Assembly: GCA_028291765.1 (NCBI GenBank)
Contig: JAQGNR010000009.1
Location: forward strand, 3,223-67,222
DNA length: 64,000 nt
Reading direction: 5' to 3'
Origin: Herbaspirillum sp.
GTDB taxonomy: Bacteria; Pseudomonadota; Gammaproteobacteria; Burkholderiales; Burkholderiaceae_D
Shown here: one piece after another, positions 9,095 through 19,393 of the stretch
How positions within the stretch are numbered: the stretch's first letter is position 1
Layout of the letters: the number at the start of each line of letters is the position of its first letter
Position numbers and translations under genes: made by a program
The notes under the pieces: generated by a model
The model's input: only the letters and a program-made list of their open reading frames with translations
Database searches by the model: none
Told to the model about the DNA's origin: nothing

Positions 9095-10009
9095 TTAAAA
9101 CCGCCCCATTAGAAATAAAATTCTCAACATCAATGAATCCGCCCATCTTTGCCGGACAAATTTGGAAACGAACACAAGCGGAATTCTGTTGGCGATATGC
9201 GCTTTTCCGTCTGTCATGCTATTCACCAGCTTCAGTTGCTTCACGTTCAACAAGTCTGAAAAACAACGCTTGAATTCCGTAGCCTGCATGGCAACGCTAT
9301 ATATGCCGACGTCTCGTCTGATAAAACGACGTAGCCTGCGCCAAAAATTCTGGAACGTATTTGTTGCGACGCCAATCGTGTTGTTAGTATGCTGCCGATA
9401 TTTGATGGACGGAAAGGTGTCATAGATAACCTTGCCAAACGCGACAACGACGATATAACACCACCAGTCATGCATCGAAAACCGGCTTGGCGAATTTTTT
9501 AGAAGTAATTGGCGGGCAGGGCCGGTAAGCGCTATCGTGCAACCTGTCGCGATATTTTCCACAAGTGCATTTTCCAATGCTATTACCCTGGGAATCCTTG
9601 AATAACCTATATGCGCAAGCGTCTCATCAACATACTCTAGCCGAGAGAAATAAACACCTACGTTTTCTTTTTCGGATGAAAGCTTATCAACGGCACGTGC
9701 AATTTTCGACTCATGCCAATAATCATCCTGATCGGCAAAAAAGTAACAATCGAAGCCGTCGCCGGCATGCTTAAGCAATTCAAAAAAACTCAGGGCAGGC
9801 CCAAGTCGCTGCGATGCTTCGAGTATCTCTATGCTTAGAGCGCTCATATATGTCCGGATAATATCCAAGCTTGCATCGCTTGAACCATCATCCCGAACGA
9901 TCACTTTAAAGTCGGATGTATTCTGCGCTATCAGACTATCAAGGAAGTCCGGCAAGTACGCAGCACCGTTGTAAGTTGCCAGGAGCACAACGGACGATCG
10001 ATTCTTCAC
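9095..10009 (-). CDS. Glycosyltransferase family 2
   Basis: Contains VVLLATYNGAAYLPDFLDSLIAQ...VIVRDDGSSDAS and DQDDYW. It uses a GTG start. Confidence 0.8.
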   Translation of the reverse strand: MKNRSSVVLLATYNGAAYLPDFLDSLIAQNTSDFKVIVRDDGSSDASLDIIRTYMSALSIEILEASQRLGPALSFFELLKHAGDGFDCYFFADQDDYWHESKIARAVDKLSSEKENVGVYFSRLEYVDETLAHIGYSRIPRVIALENALVENIATGCTIALTGPARQLLLKNSPSRFSMHDWWCYIVVVAFGKVIYDTFPSIKYRQHTNNTIGVATNTFQNFWRRLRRFIRRDVGIYSVAMQATEFKRCFSDLLNVKQLKLVNSMTDGKAHIANRIPLVFVSKFVRQRWADSLMLRILFLMGRF

Positions 10010-10141
10010 GTCACACTACCCTTACCTTCGACAGTGAATTTACGGGCAGTCATTTACGAACAAACGGAACAACGTTACTGTCCGCCATCATCATGACAAA
10101 TAAACCCAGATCGCCAAAATGCGTCTCGTCAGTATGCAGCA

Positions 10142-11392
10142 TTAAGCAGCAACCTTTACCACTTCCAACTTGGGCAGAGGGAAAACCAAATTCATATTCG
10201 TAAACTTCTTATTCGTCACAAAGAATTGCCTGAAATGCCAAGGCAATACAATCATGTAGTCTGGTTTTTTACTTAGAAGCTCTTGCTCTGAAATAATTGG
10301 AATCCAGGTACCTGGCGTATGACAACCAAATTTTTCAGGATTCACTTCCCCAACAAACGCCACGTCTTCCGGAGTCAATCCGCAGTACTGCAACAACACA
10401 TTACCCTTGGTCGAAGCCCCAAGTACCGCCACAGATTTTTTCTCCGCATGCGCCGTTTCAATGAATTTCAGCAAATCACGTTTTGTTTGAACGGCGCGCT
10501 CCGCAAACTCCTGATACGGCAGCAGTGTATCCAATCCCCTCAGGCGCTCGTCGTCGAGAATCTTCTGTATAGCGGGGGCGACTGTCGTATCCCCTTTTGA
10601 CTTCGACACGGTAATCGAAAAACTCCCCCCGTTGATATCATTGAATTCAACATCGATAATCTTGAAACCGACTTTATCCGTCATCCATTTTATCTGGCGG
10701 AGAGCATAAAATTCGAGGTGTTCATGACAGACCGTATCATACGAATTCGTGTCGAGCATGGTCGGCATATAGCTCTGTTCAAATACCCAGACACCATCAT
10801 TCGCCAAAACTTGATATACCTGCTGCATGAAGCCCACCGGATCTTCGAGGTCGTAGAACATGGAAAACGAGGTGACCACCTTCGCTTTCTGCCCTGGGAA
10901 ACGTTTTTCCACCAATGCGGAAGAAAAGAAATCCGGAATCAACTGGATGTGGGCGGGGTAATAGCTGTGAAATTTAACGCCGGTCGGATCGACACCAACC
11001 AGGACTGCGCCCGAAGACGGATATGCCTGCAGCGTGGTGCTGTCGTTGCTACCGATATCGATGACCAAATCGCCCTCGCGTAATGCAACTTGTCCGAGAA
11101 TTTTCTTAACCTTATTGTGCAGATGCGTCACCATACTGGCGTTAAGGCCCGAGCGATAGCCGTAATTTTCACCGTACATCTCTCCCAGATCGTAGGAATG
11201 CTCCAGTTGCAGCAGCCCACATACTTCGCCGTCCCCTACGCATTTCACCAAATGCAGCGGTCCAGTGGTGACTTCGGCGTCTTTTTCACGTGGAAAAACA
11301 CCTGTCAGCATCTGCTCGCCAAGATCCAACACACGTTCCAAGTTCACGTTGCCACAAATTCTGCACTTTTCAACTTTCTTATACATCGTCAT
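10142..11392 (-). CDS. NDP-hexose C-methyltransferase (TylCIII-like, SAM-dependent, N-terminal Zn-ribbon)
   Basis: Contains CRICGN...VKCVGDGEVCG cysteine pairs, the VIDIGSNDSTTL SAM motif, and a C-terminal methyltransferase-14-like region. Confidence 0.75.
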   Translation of the reverse strand: MTMYKKVEKCRICGNVNLERVLDLGEQMLTGVFPREKDAEVTTGPLHLVKCVGDGEVCGLLQLEHSYDLGEMYGENYGYRSGLNASMVTHLHNKVKKILGQVALREGDLVIDIGSNDSTTLQAYPSSGAVLVGVDPTGVKFHSYYPAHIQLIPDFFSSALVEKRFPGQKAKVVTSFSMFYDLEDPVGFMQQVYQVLANDGVWVFEQSYMPTMLDTNSYDTVCHEHLEFYALRQIKWMTDKVGFKIIDVEFNDINGGSFSITVSKSKGDTTVAPAIQKILDDERLRGLDTLLPYQEFAERAVQTKRDLLKFIETAHAEKKSVAVLGASTKGNVLLQYCGLTPEDVAFVGEVNPEKFGCHTPGTWIPIISEQELLSKKPDYMIVLPWHFRQFFVTNKKFTNMNLVFPLPKLEVVKVAA

Positions 11393-11498
11393 CGCCTAAT
11401 AAACATTTTTATTTTCTATGAGCGCCTGCACTCATAGACACCAATTCGCCAAAACCACCTTGTTCAGTAATTCCTGTAATAAGAGCGTGCTGCATTTT

Positions 11499-12536
11499 TC
11501 AGTGGCCTACATCTAGTATATTCGCAGCAATACGCGTGATCCACGTCGCATGAGGACTCTTCAATAAACTATACATTCCAGATCTGCCGGCTTTCTTTCT
11601 GAATATGCAACACAAACTTATCAATGCATTCATTAGGGCAGCAGGAAAGATAGCAATCAATAAATACGGAAATCGTGATAAACCTTTTACTCTGCCGGAT
11701 AGAAAAGTACGATATTCGCGTAAGCCATAACCACCAAGTGCACAGTACATTGCCAGAGGCCCTATTTTGCGCCATGGCTCCTTCGGATAAACGACCGCCT
11801 TGGCATCATCCGAATAATCATTAAACGACCATATAAGTTGCGGCCATTTAAACATCCATATTTCGAAGCCACGCGATGTCCACATCGCATTGCCGTAACG
11901 AATCGTGATGAGCGGCTCCGCAATCACTGCAGTCTTTTCAATTGCCGGTGATTGAAAAATAATGCCGACGTGAATAAATAATGTTCCGTAATAAGTTTGC
12001 CGATCTCGGGATAGCCAAAAATCACGCCTGATAACGACACAACCGATAAACGAAAGACATTGCGTCGTTTTTTGAAAAAATTCCTCTTTATCCGCTGGAC
12101 CAAATTCTTTATCGGCCGACAATTCGATAAGATTTTCATTCAGCATTTTTGAAAAGTCCGCATTCTTGACTTCTACATTTGCCACGACAAGATCCACATC
12201 ATCTTTGAGTACCGCCAGTAAGCGGGTAACGGCATTGGGACGAAGCAAATCGTCGTCGGTCATCAACCAGCAAAATTCACCTTTTGCATAGCCGACCGCT
12301 TTATCGTAGTCTTTGTCGACACCGGAATTTTCCGACTCGCGATAATAATGAATCTCTGGGTAACGCAATAAATATTGCGCCATGACTTCTGGGGTATTGT
12401 CCGGCGAAGCACCATCCACAACGATAAGCTCGACACCCGGCTGCATCTGGCTCAGAATTGAGTCCAGGGTTTCACCGATGAACTTCTCTCTGCTGTAAGT
12501 TGCAATGCAAATTGACAGTTTGAGTGGATCAGGCAT
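11499..12536 (-). CDS. Glycosyltransferase family 2 with hydrophobic C-terminus
   Basis: Contains LSICIATYSREKFIGETLDSILSQ...LIVVDGASPDNT. It is a tandem paralog of the next gene. Confidence 0.8.
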   Translation of the reverse strand: MPDPLKLSICIATYSREKFIGETLDSILSQMQPGVELIVVDGASPDNTPEVMAQYLLRYPEIHYYRESENSGVDKDYDKAVGYAKGEFCWLMTDDDLLRPNAVTRLLAVLKDDVDLVVANVEVKNADFSKMLNENLIELSADKEFGPADKEEFFQKTTQCLSFIGCVVIRRDFWLSRDRQTYYGTLFIHVGIIFQSPAIEKTAVIAEPLITIRYGNAMWTSRGFEIWMFKWPQLIWSFNDYSDDAKAVVYPKEPWRKIGPLAMYCALGGYGLREYRTFLSGRVKGLSRFPYLLIAIFPAALMNALISLCCIFRKKAGRSGMYSLLKSPHATWITRIAANILDVGH

Positions 12537-13554
12537 TGTTCAGTATCCGACGCATCCATTTAATCTGTTGATAGAAAAATCCGAGAGCACTTATAACGAC
12601 GTAAGGCGTACCAAAGTAGATAAATCGTTTTATATCGATTGCCGGTGAACGATCGCAATATGTCATTCGGACCAGCCGGTCCAATTCCTGCCTGCTTTCG
12701 CGCGCGGGGAATTTCATGCAGCGAATTTTGAGCATCAAAAATTCTTTCAAACCAAATTCGTTCCGAATGACACGCCTGATATGCAAAGCCTCCAGGCTTT
12801 CGTGTCCAAAAAAACTGTCCGCAAGCCGATGATAACCTTCGATGCCGATTCTGAAACGCGCGACCATCCCTTTATCCGCAAACGAATCATTGTCACCGCG
12901 TTGATCCAGCCATACTTCGGGAACATAGCAAGCCGTGAGCCCGGAGGAAATCAATCCGAAAAATCGTGCCACATGCCCCCAGCAACTTTTGCTGAATGCT
13001 TCCGGTAACTCCCCATCTTGCCATTTTTGTCGGCGAACAACCATACCACTGATAAAGCTAAAAAACGCTTCCGTTGTAACAGCATGCTGGAACCATTCCA
13101 GACGCTCATCACAATTTACCAAATTTAACGTAAATGCCTGATCCGGAGACAACACGGGGTGCTCATGCAATATAACCATCTCCTTACTGCAAATCGTGTG
13201 CTTGCAGATATAGATGTCTTTCCCTTGTTTCATCCATTCCAGGGCGCGCTCAATCGCTCCGGGACGCATGACATCATCGCCACTGAACAGCCAGCAGTAT
13301 TCACCTCGCGCAAGTGCAACGCACGTCGCCATATCTGCATCGATGCCGCCGCGCTCGCTTCCTCGGTGATAATGAAAGTTAGCCCATAATCTGCTGTAAC
13401 TTTCCATCAATGCAGGTGTCCCGTCGGTGGATCCGCCATCATAAACGACGACCTCGATCCCATCCATGGTCTGCGGCAAAATAGAGTCCAGCGCCTGGCC
13501 TACAAATGCCCCGCAATTATAAATGGGTATGCATATTGATAAACGAATGCTCAT
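12529..13554 (-). CDS. Glycosyltransferase family 2 with hydrophobic C-terminus
   Basis: Contains MSIRLSICIPIYNCGAFVGQALDSILPQ...VVVYDGGSTDGT. ATG 13554 is preferred over the TTG at 13569. Confidence 0.8.
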   Translation of the reverse strand: MSIRLSICIPIYNCGAFVGQALDSILPQTMDGIEVVVYDGGSTDGTPALMESYSRLWANFHYHRGSERGGIDADMATCVALARGEYCWLFSGDDVMRPGAIERALEWMKQGKDIYICKHTICSKEMVILHEHPVLSPDQAFTLNLVNCDERLEWFQHAVTTEAFFSFISGMVVRRQKWQDGELPEAFSKSCWGHVARFFGLISSGLTACYVPEVWLDQRGDNDSFADKGMVARFRIGIEGYHRLADSFFGHESLEALHIRRVIRNEFGLKEFLMLKIRCMKFPARESRQELDRLVRMTYCDRSPAIDIKRFIYFGTPYVVISALGFFYQQIKWMRRILNNA

Positions 13555-13612
13555 CCGGGATATTTCCAATCAAGTTACTGCAATCGTTTAATACATGCCT
13601 TTGACGGGCAAG

Positions 13613-14365
13613 CTAAAAACTAATGGTAAAGAGGAATTTACCTATTTTTATCCTTTTATAGAAAATACATCCGGCGCCACCATACACGCTAAAACTATCG
13701 AACACGTGCGGTGGCGCATTAAACGCAGCTAATAATTCCTTTGACTCCTCGCGAACGTAAAAGCGATTCAACCCATCAAAATAGGCAAAAACATACCCTT
13801 TGCCAAGCAGGATATCTTCCCAATCGGCATGGTTCTGGACGTTTGTAAAAGGCGCCACCGCCTCAACAATGATTACGCGAGGCCGATACGCTTCCCAAGC
13901 GCCGCCTTTAATAACGGACAATTCGGCACCTTCAACATCTATTTTTAGAAAGTCAATTTCCTTATCATGCCCGTGCTGTTTACATATATCTGCCAAGGTT
14001 AAACATTCGACTTTACGTTTTATGGCATTTTTAGCGAGCTTTCCCTGATTCGCAACCACCTCCCACCCACTTGCGATTGCCGTCGAAGCCCCGCTGTTAG
14101 GTATCTGCAGATAGTCGATCGGCTCACGGTTGTCGCTGATGGCGCAATTAAGGTTGACGTCTCTAGGCCGGAATTTTTTTAAAAACTTCCAGTAAATACT
14201 GGAAGGCTCCACATTGATCCCGGACCATCCCTGATCGTAAAAATGCTTGGTAACAGAGTGATCGACCGGATGCCATGCGCCGACATCGATATAGAAGCCA
14301 TCTTTCTTTCCCTTGAATACCCGATTAAGCATTACGTCTTCAAAATTTTGTGCGTAGGAAATCAT
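13613..14365 (-). CDS. FkbM-family SAM-dependent methyltransferase
   Basis: Contains MISYAQNFEDVMLNRVF and FYIDVGAW. It has an ATGA overlap with the wzx stop. Confidence 0.8.
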   Translation of the reverse strand: MISYAQNFEDVMLNRVFKGKKDGFYIDVGAWHPVDHSVTKHFYDQGWSGINVEPSSIYWKFLKKFRPRDVNLNCAISDNREPIDYLQIPNSGASTAIASGWEVVANQGKLAKNAIKRKVECLTLADICKQHGHDKEIDFLKIDVEGAELSVIKGGAWEAYRPRVIIVEAVAPFTNVQNHADWEDILLGKGYVFAYFDGLNRFYVREESKELLAAFNAPPHVFDSFSVYGGAGCIFYKRIKIGKFLFTISF

Positions 14366-15858
14366 CTATAACCCTTGATATATCTATTTGCCGCCGGCGA
14401 CGAAAATACCGTAGCGGAAATTGCTGTTATTGCTGTCAAAATAATAATTAAAAAATTTGCCCATTGATTAGGGCTGTCAACCAGTTGCCGGATCAGATGA
14501 CCGAGCGCGACTACGACGAAAGCAATCGCTATAGGTTTTATCAAACCGTTCCAAATCCAACTGCGGTTATCCAGATAGGGAAATTGCTTATTGATAATAA
14601 AAGTATTAATTATCAAGAATGTCAGAGTGTAGCCAACCCAGGCGATGGCAGCGCCTACACCTCCCCATCGATTTGAAAGAAGAATGACAGCGGGGGTAGA
14701 TATTGCTATCAAACACGCGTTAATTTTCAAGACAGGTTTTGCATCCCCGGTCGCCAGTTGAAGCGCATATGGAACGTTCATCAAACCGTTAAGCGCATTT
14801 CCCATCGCCAGCAAACCCAACACCACTACGCCGTTCTCGGCCGTTAACTTATTGTGCGTCCATATCAAAAGCAAGTCATAAGAAAAGAAGATCAAAATCA
14901 TCATTAACGGCAATATTGTTACTGCCATCAACTGGCCTGCCTGATCGTAAAGCGACCTGATTTGCTCTCGCTCTTTCTGACTCACCAACTGAGAAAATTT
15001 TGGGAAAATCGCACTAAAAATTGGACCGATGAGAATATAAAGGCTGCCTGCCGCTACCGAAGCCGCATAGTAATATCCAAACGACTGCAACGTCAGTACT
15101 CGGCTTAGAACCACTTTATCCAATTGTGTAAACGCAACCGCCATCAAGGTGATGCCGGACATTTCGACAGCAAATTTCCTTGTCTCATACAGCAATTTCT
15201 TCTCAAATATCGGCTTATGATCGGTCTGTCGAATTTGACTCCATAAGTGCCAGGCAATGACCAAAGTCTGGATAATAATGACAAAAGCATTCCAGACAAA
15301 AAAACTGATCACACTGGAAGAAACCTTCCACAATATAAGCACAGCGCCTACCGAACGGACCGTCGAAAATAATGCGGTCAATACATTCAATGACGTCTGT
15401 TGCTGCAGCCCCATTAATGCACCTCCGTACAAACCGGTAGGCCATTGAACCGCCAACACGACACCCATCAGAATAATTGCGGCAGTAATTTCATGAGGTT
15501 GAAGCGTTTGAGACTTTATCCAAAGATGTGCAATTGGATATGCCGATAAGGCAACCGCAATGGCTATGCAAATTGCCACTCCCCAATAAATCCATTCCAA
15601 AGTACGTACAAAATTCCGTATTTTCGGAAGGTTTCCTTCGCTTGCCGACAATACTGCCATCTCGCGATTGGCCGCAGTACCCAATCCCATATCGAGAATG
15701 CCGAGTAAAGCCTGAAGGGTGATAAAGACACCAATCAGCCCATACGCTTCCATCCCCAAAAATTTAATGTACAGAGGCGTAAACGCAATTGAAAGCAATG
15801 CTCCCCAACCGCGCCCCAGGAAATTGACCAACACGTTTTTAGAGACTCGGCTAGTCAT
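14362..15858 (-). CDS. wzx: Wzx-type polysaccharide flippase (MOP/PST family)
   Basis: A 498-aa, highly hydrophobic protein with about 12-14 predicted helices. The N-terminus SKNVLVNFLGRGWGALLSIAFTPLYIKFLG is typical of this family. Confidence 0.8.
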   Translation of the reverse strand: MTSRVSKNVLVNFLGRGWGALLSIAFTPLYIKFLGMEAYGLIGVFITLQALLGILDMGLGTAANREMAVLSASEGNLPKIRNFVRTLEWIYWGVAICIAIAVALSAYPIAHLWIKSQTLQPHEITAAIILMGVVLAVQWPTGLYGGALMGLQQQTSLNVLTALFSTVRSVGAVLILWKVSSSVISFFVWNAFVIIIQTLVIAWHLWSQIRQTDHKPIFEKKLLYETRKFAVEMSGITLMAVAFTQLDKVVLSRVLTLQSFGYYYAASVAAGSLYILIGPIFSAIFPKFSQLVSQKEREQIRSLYDQAGQLMAVTILPLMMILIFFSYDLLLIWTHNKLTAENGVVVLGLLAMGNALNGLMNVPYALQLATGDAKPVLKINACLIAISTPAVILLSNRWGGVGAAIAWVGYTLTFLIINTFIINKQFPYLDNRSWIWNGLIKPIAIAFVVVALGHLIRQLVDSPNQWANFLIIILTAITAISATVFSSPAANRYIKGYR

Positions 15859-15898
15859 GATATCCAGTTGGCGGAGTGTTCAATTTATTTGTTCGCCT

Positions 15899-16984
15899 TT
15901 ACTCATGGTAATCATTTGCCTCATAACCGTGCCGCTTCACTAGCTCATCGCGCTCGGCAATTTTCAGGTCTTCGCGTACCATTTCACTCACCAGTTCGTT
16001 GAAACTGATCTTGGGGGTCCAGCCGAGCTTATCTCTTGCCTTGCTTGCGTCGCCCAACAAAGTTTCCACTTCGGTGGGACGGAAATAACAGGGATCGACC
16101 GCGACGATGCATTTGCCGGAGGCGTCATAGCCCTTATCTTCCAAACCTTCGCCGCGCCACGTGATTGACATGCCCAATTCTTGGGCTGCAGCATTCACAA
16201 AATCGCGCACGCTATATTGCACGCCAGTGGCAATGACGAAATCCTCCGCCTTATCTTGCTGCAGCATCAACCACTGCATTTCGACGTAATCCTTAGCATG
16301 CCCCCAATCCCGCAACGCATTCATGTTTCCCAGATAGAGGCATTCCTGCAGGCCGAGCTTGATGCGCGCCAGTGCGCGGGTGATCTTGCGCGTAACGAAG
16401 GTCTCGCCGCGAACCGGACTTTCGTGATTGAACAAGATGCCGTTGCACGCATATATGCCATAGGCTTCGCGATAATTGACAGTGATCCAATAGGCATAGA
16501 GCTTGGCCACGGCATAAGGGCTGCGGGGGTAGAAAGGCGTGGTTTCTTTTTGCGGCGTTTCTTGCACCAGACCATACAGCTCGGAAGTCGAAGCCTGGTA
16601 GAAACGCGTTTTCTTTTCCATGCCCAGAATACGAATCGCCTCCAGGATGCGCAGCGCTCCCAGTGCGTCGGAATTAGCAGTGTATTCCGGCTCTTCAAAC
16701 GAAACCGCGACATGACTCTGCGCCGCAAGATTATAAATCTCGTCTGGCTGGACTTTCTGGATGATGTGAGTAAGGCTGGAGGAATCTGTCATATCCCCAT
16801 AATGGAGGAAGAACGGCAGCCCTTTTTCATGGATATCATGAAACAGATGATCGATGCGGGCGGTATTGAACATGGAGCTGCGACGCCTCACGCCATGCAC
16901 TTCATAGCCTTTATCAAGCAGCAATTCGGCCAGATAGGCGCCATCTTGCCCGGTGACGCCAGTAATCAGTGCGATTTTTTGCAT
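15899..16984 (-). CDS. gmd: GDP-mannose 4,6-dehydratase (long, enterobacterial-type)
   Basis: Contains [32 protein letters not shown] and [17 protein letters not shown]. Confidence 0.92.
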   Translation of the reverse strand: MQKIALITGVTGQDGAYLAELLLDKGYEVHGVRRRSSMFNTARIDHLFHDIHEKGLPFFLHYGDMTDSSSLTHIIQKVQPDEIYNLAAQSHVAVSFEEPEYTANSDALGALRILEAIRILGMEKKTRFYQASTSELYGLVQETPQKETTPFYPRSPYAVAKLYAYWITVNYREAYGIYACNGILFNHESPVRGETFVTRKITRALARIKLGLQECLYLGNMNALRDWGHAKDYVEMQWLMLQQDKAEDFVIATGVQYSVRDFVNAAAQELGMSITWRGEGLEDKGYDASGKCIVAVDPCYFRPTEVETLLGDASKARDKLGWTPKISFNELVSEMVREDLKIAERDELVKRHGYEANDYHE

Positions 16985-17514
16985 ATCAAGTATCTTTTAC
17001 GATTAGATTAGACACGGCTGTCATCGATCATTCTGGCGAATGTCGTATGCGCCTAAATAGCCGTCAGTTTTGGCGCTGCCAACAAGCCCGCGACATATAA
17101 AGCCGGATCTGGTTCTTTAAACATGCCGATATCCCAATGAATATGGCTAATCCAATGGCGCCGCCAGCTATGTGACGATGCGTTTTTGGCAAGCCTTGGA
17201 TTATAGTGGAAATCTACCTGCGGAACGATTTTGGCACGCATGGGACTGCATGTTTAAGCCAATCACGTATAGAATTCGGTCTGACAAATCCAGACTGCCA
17301 GTGGCAAATCATTCGTTTATCTTACAAATAATGATGAAGTAATCTAATTTACAGGATAGTGGAAGTTTTTGGATACGTCACTGGATTTATTCCCCCATAG
17401 ATAGATGCCCCGACGTTCGGGGAAATGCGGGGTCAATATTTAATCGCCTATGGCGCGTTTTTTTGAAAAGCATCGTATTTAATGATCAAAATTCCGACTT
17501 TGATTCTGGCATAA

Positions 17515-18492
17515 CAGGGGGCGATCATAATTTCTCAGAATCTAAAGGCTTCACCGCGGCAGGCTGACCAAACCTCTGCCAAAGTTGCCATTCTTTTATG
17601 TACTTATCATGGACAGCAATACCTTGCCGAGCAATTGGACTCCATCGAAACGCAAATTCATACTCAGTGGGATATCTGGGCGTCGGATGACGGATCGACG
17701 GACAATACATGCAATTTGCTCGAAACTTATCGCAATAAGTGGAAAGGGCATCTATCCATTCTTACGGGGCCAGCCAAGGGATTTGCCGCTAATTTCTTGT
17801 CGTTAATTACGAACACTGCAATATCCGCCGACTACTATGCGTTCTCAGATCAGGATGATATTTGGGAGCCGGACAAGCTTCACCGCGCAGTAACATGGCT
17901 GAAAACTATTCCACAAAACGTGCCGGCCATGTACTGCTCAAGAACCAAGTACATAGGCGCGGATAGCGTTGAACTTGGCCTTTCCACCAATTTCTCCTGG
18001 TCACCCAGCTTCCGCAACGCGCTGGTTCAAAGTATCGGTGGCGGCAACACGATGGTCTTCAACCAGGCCGCCCGTAAACTCCTTGCCATAACGGCCAATC
18101 ATGAAGACGTGGTGTCGCACGACTGGTGGACTTATATGTTGGTTACCGGCAACGGCGGTCAAGTCTTCTATGATGCGTACCCTGCCGTACGTTATCGTCA
18201 ACATGGCAACAATATGGCCGGGCAAAACATTACGCTTATGGCCCGTATGGCGCGGATCAAAGCGCTATTTGCAGGCCGCTACACTACCTGGAACGACGCT
18301 AATATCAAGGCCCTCAATGAAGTCCGCGACGTACTGACAGAAGAAAATCGGATCGTGCTGGATATTTTTGCCAGTGCGAGAAAAAAAACTTTCATTCCAA
18401 GACTCATTGGCGTCATCCGCTCGGGCGTTTATCGACAACCCTTTCTGGGAAATCTCAGCTTCTTTGTGGCGGTGATACTCAATAAGCTGTGA
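17515..18492 (+). CDS. Glycosyltransferase family 2 with unresolved start (possible pseudogene)
   Basis: The frame is open from 17515 and encodes KVAILLCTYHGQQYLAEQLDSIETQ...DDGSTDNT...DQDDIW. The first canonical start (TTG 17635) lies after the conserved first beta-strand, and an in-frame ATG at 17482 is cut off by TAA 17512-17514. Confidence 0.65.
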   Translation, partial: QGAIIISQNLKASPRQADQTSAKVAILLCTYHGQQYLAEQLDSIETQIHTQWDIWASDDGSTDNTCNLLETYRNKWKGHLSILTGPAKGFAANFLSLITNTAISADYYAFSDQDDIWEPDKLHRAVTWLKTIPQNVPAMYCSRTKYIGADSVELGLSTNFSWSPSFRNALVQSIGGGNTMVFNQAARKLLAITANHEDVVSHDWWTYMLVTGNGGQVFYDAYPAVRYRQHGNNMAGQNITLMARMARIKALFAGRYTTWNDANIKALNEVRDVLTEENRIVLDIFASARKKTFIPRLIGVIRSGVYRQPFLGNLSFFVAVILNKL

Positions 18493-18544
18493 TAAAGATA
18501 TATGCTAACCCGCAGCACTTGAGAAGGCGCTGAGGTGATTCGGG

Positions 18545-19393
18545 TTATCGACTAGCAGTCAGCATCGAACGCAATGTGCTTTCAAGGGAATGCAACGGTA
18601 TCGTTCCGACCGTCTCGATCAGCTTCGCAGGACTGCCGCATAAGCGATGAATCTCATTAGGTCGAACAAAGGCCGGATTGACACGCACCTCTAGCGTATT
18701 GCTGCTCATCTTGGACAACAATGCAATCACTGACTTCAACGTCACCGGGTGGCCGCTACACACATTGTATGTCTCACCAGGTATCGCTTTGTCCAACAAT
18801 CGCAAATAAGCCTCGCAGACGTCGCGTACATCGTTAAACTCACGCGCCACATCCAGATTGCCGAGCTCGACCGAACCTGCGTCACGCGCAAAATGATCAA
18901 CCAGTTTCGGAATCACGAACGACACCGCCTGGCCTGGGCCGGTGTAATTGAAAGGCCGCACAAAAAATAACGGCAAGCGATCCAGATAGGTACGCGCCAT
19001 ATATTCCATGGCCAGCTTGCTCATGGAATAATGATTGATCGGCGCCGCAGGCTGCATTTCAGTGATCGGCGATTGCTCGCAATTGCCGTAGACATTAGCA
19101 CTACTCGCCAACAGAACGACACGGAGCTGCGTCGATGCTGCTAGAGCATCAAGCAGATTGAGTGTACCGATTACGTTAATGTCATAAAAAGCGCTCGCCA
19201 TCGCATGGCCGACAAAACTAATCGCTGCCAGATGCACTACGGCTTCAGGCGCGATGCCTGCGACTTCGCGCTTCAGCGCTTCCTTGTCTTGCAAATTGGT
19301 CTGCAGTGCGATCACATCGTGTCCGGCCGCTGTTGCCGCCGATAAAAAATGCCGGCCGGTAAAACCCCGGGCGCCTGTGACCAGGATCCTCAA
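18545..19393 (-). CDS. rmd: GDP-4-dehydro-6-deoxy-D-mannose reductase-like SDR (Rmd-like)
   Basis: Contains (TTG)[12 protein letters not shown] and [11 protein letters not shown], and lies immediately downstream of a short-type gmd. TTG 19393-19391 overlaps the gmd TGA (TTGA). Confidence 0.7.
   Translation of the reverse strand: MRILVTGARGFTGRHFLSAATAAGHDVIALQTNLQDKEALKREVAGIAPEAVVHLAAISFVGHAMASAFYDINVIGTLNLLDALAASTQLRVVLLASSANVYGNCEQSPITEMQPAAPINHYSMSKLAMEYMARTYLDRLPLFFVRPFNYTGPGQAVSFVIPKLVDHFARDAGSVELGNLDVAREFNDVRDVCEAYLRLLDKAIPGETYNVCSGHPVTLKSVIALLSKMSSNTLEVRVNPAFVRPNEIHRLCGSPAKLIETVGTIPLHSLESTLRSMLTASR

Noticed and set aside
11416-11437. 7-bp stem hairpin (ctatgag-cgcctgca-ctcatag) between a GT2 and the C-methyltransferase.
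   Set aside because: The stem is short. On the transcribed (minus) strand it is followed by an A-rich, not U-rich, tract, so it is not a convincing intrinsic terminator.
17053-17241. 62-aa ORF in the 530-bp divergent region between gmd and the plus-strand GT2.
   Set aside because: It has no recognisable motif, no convincing ribosome-binding site, and lies in a likely promoter region. I treat it as non-coding unless expression data say otherwise.
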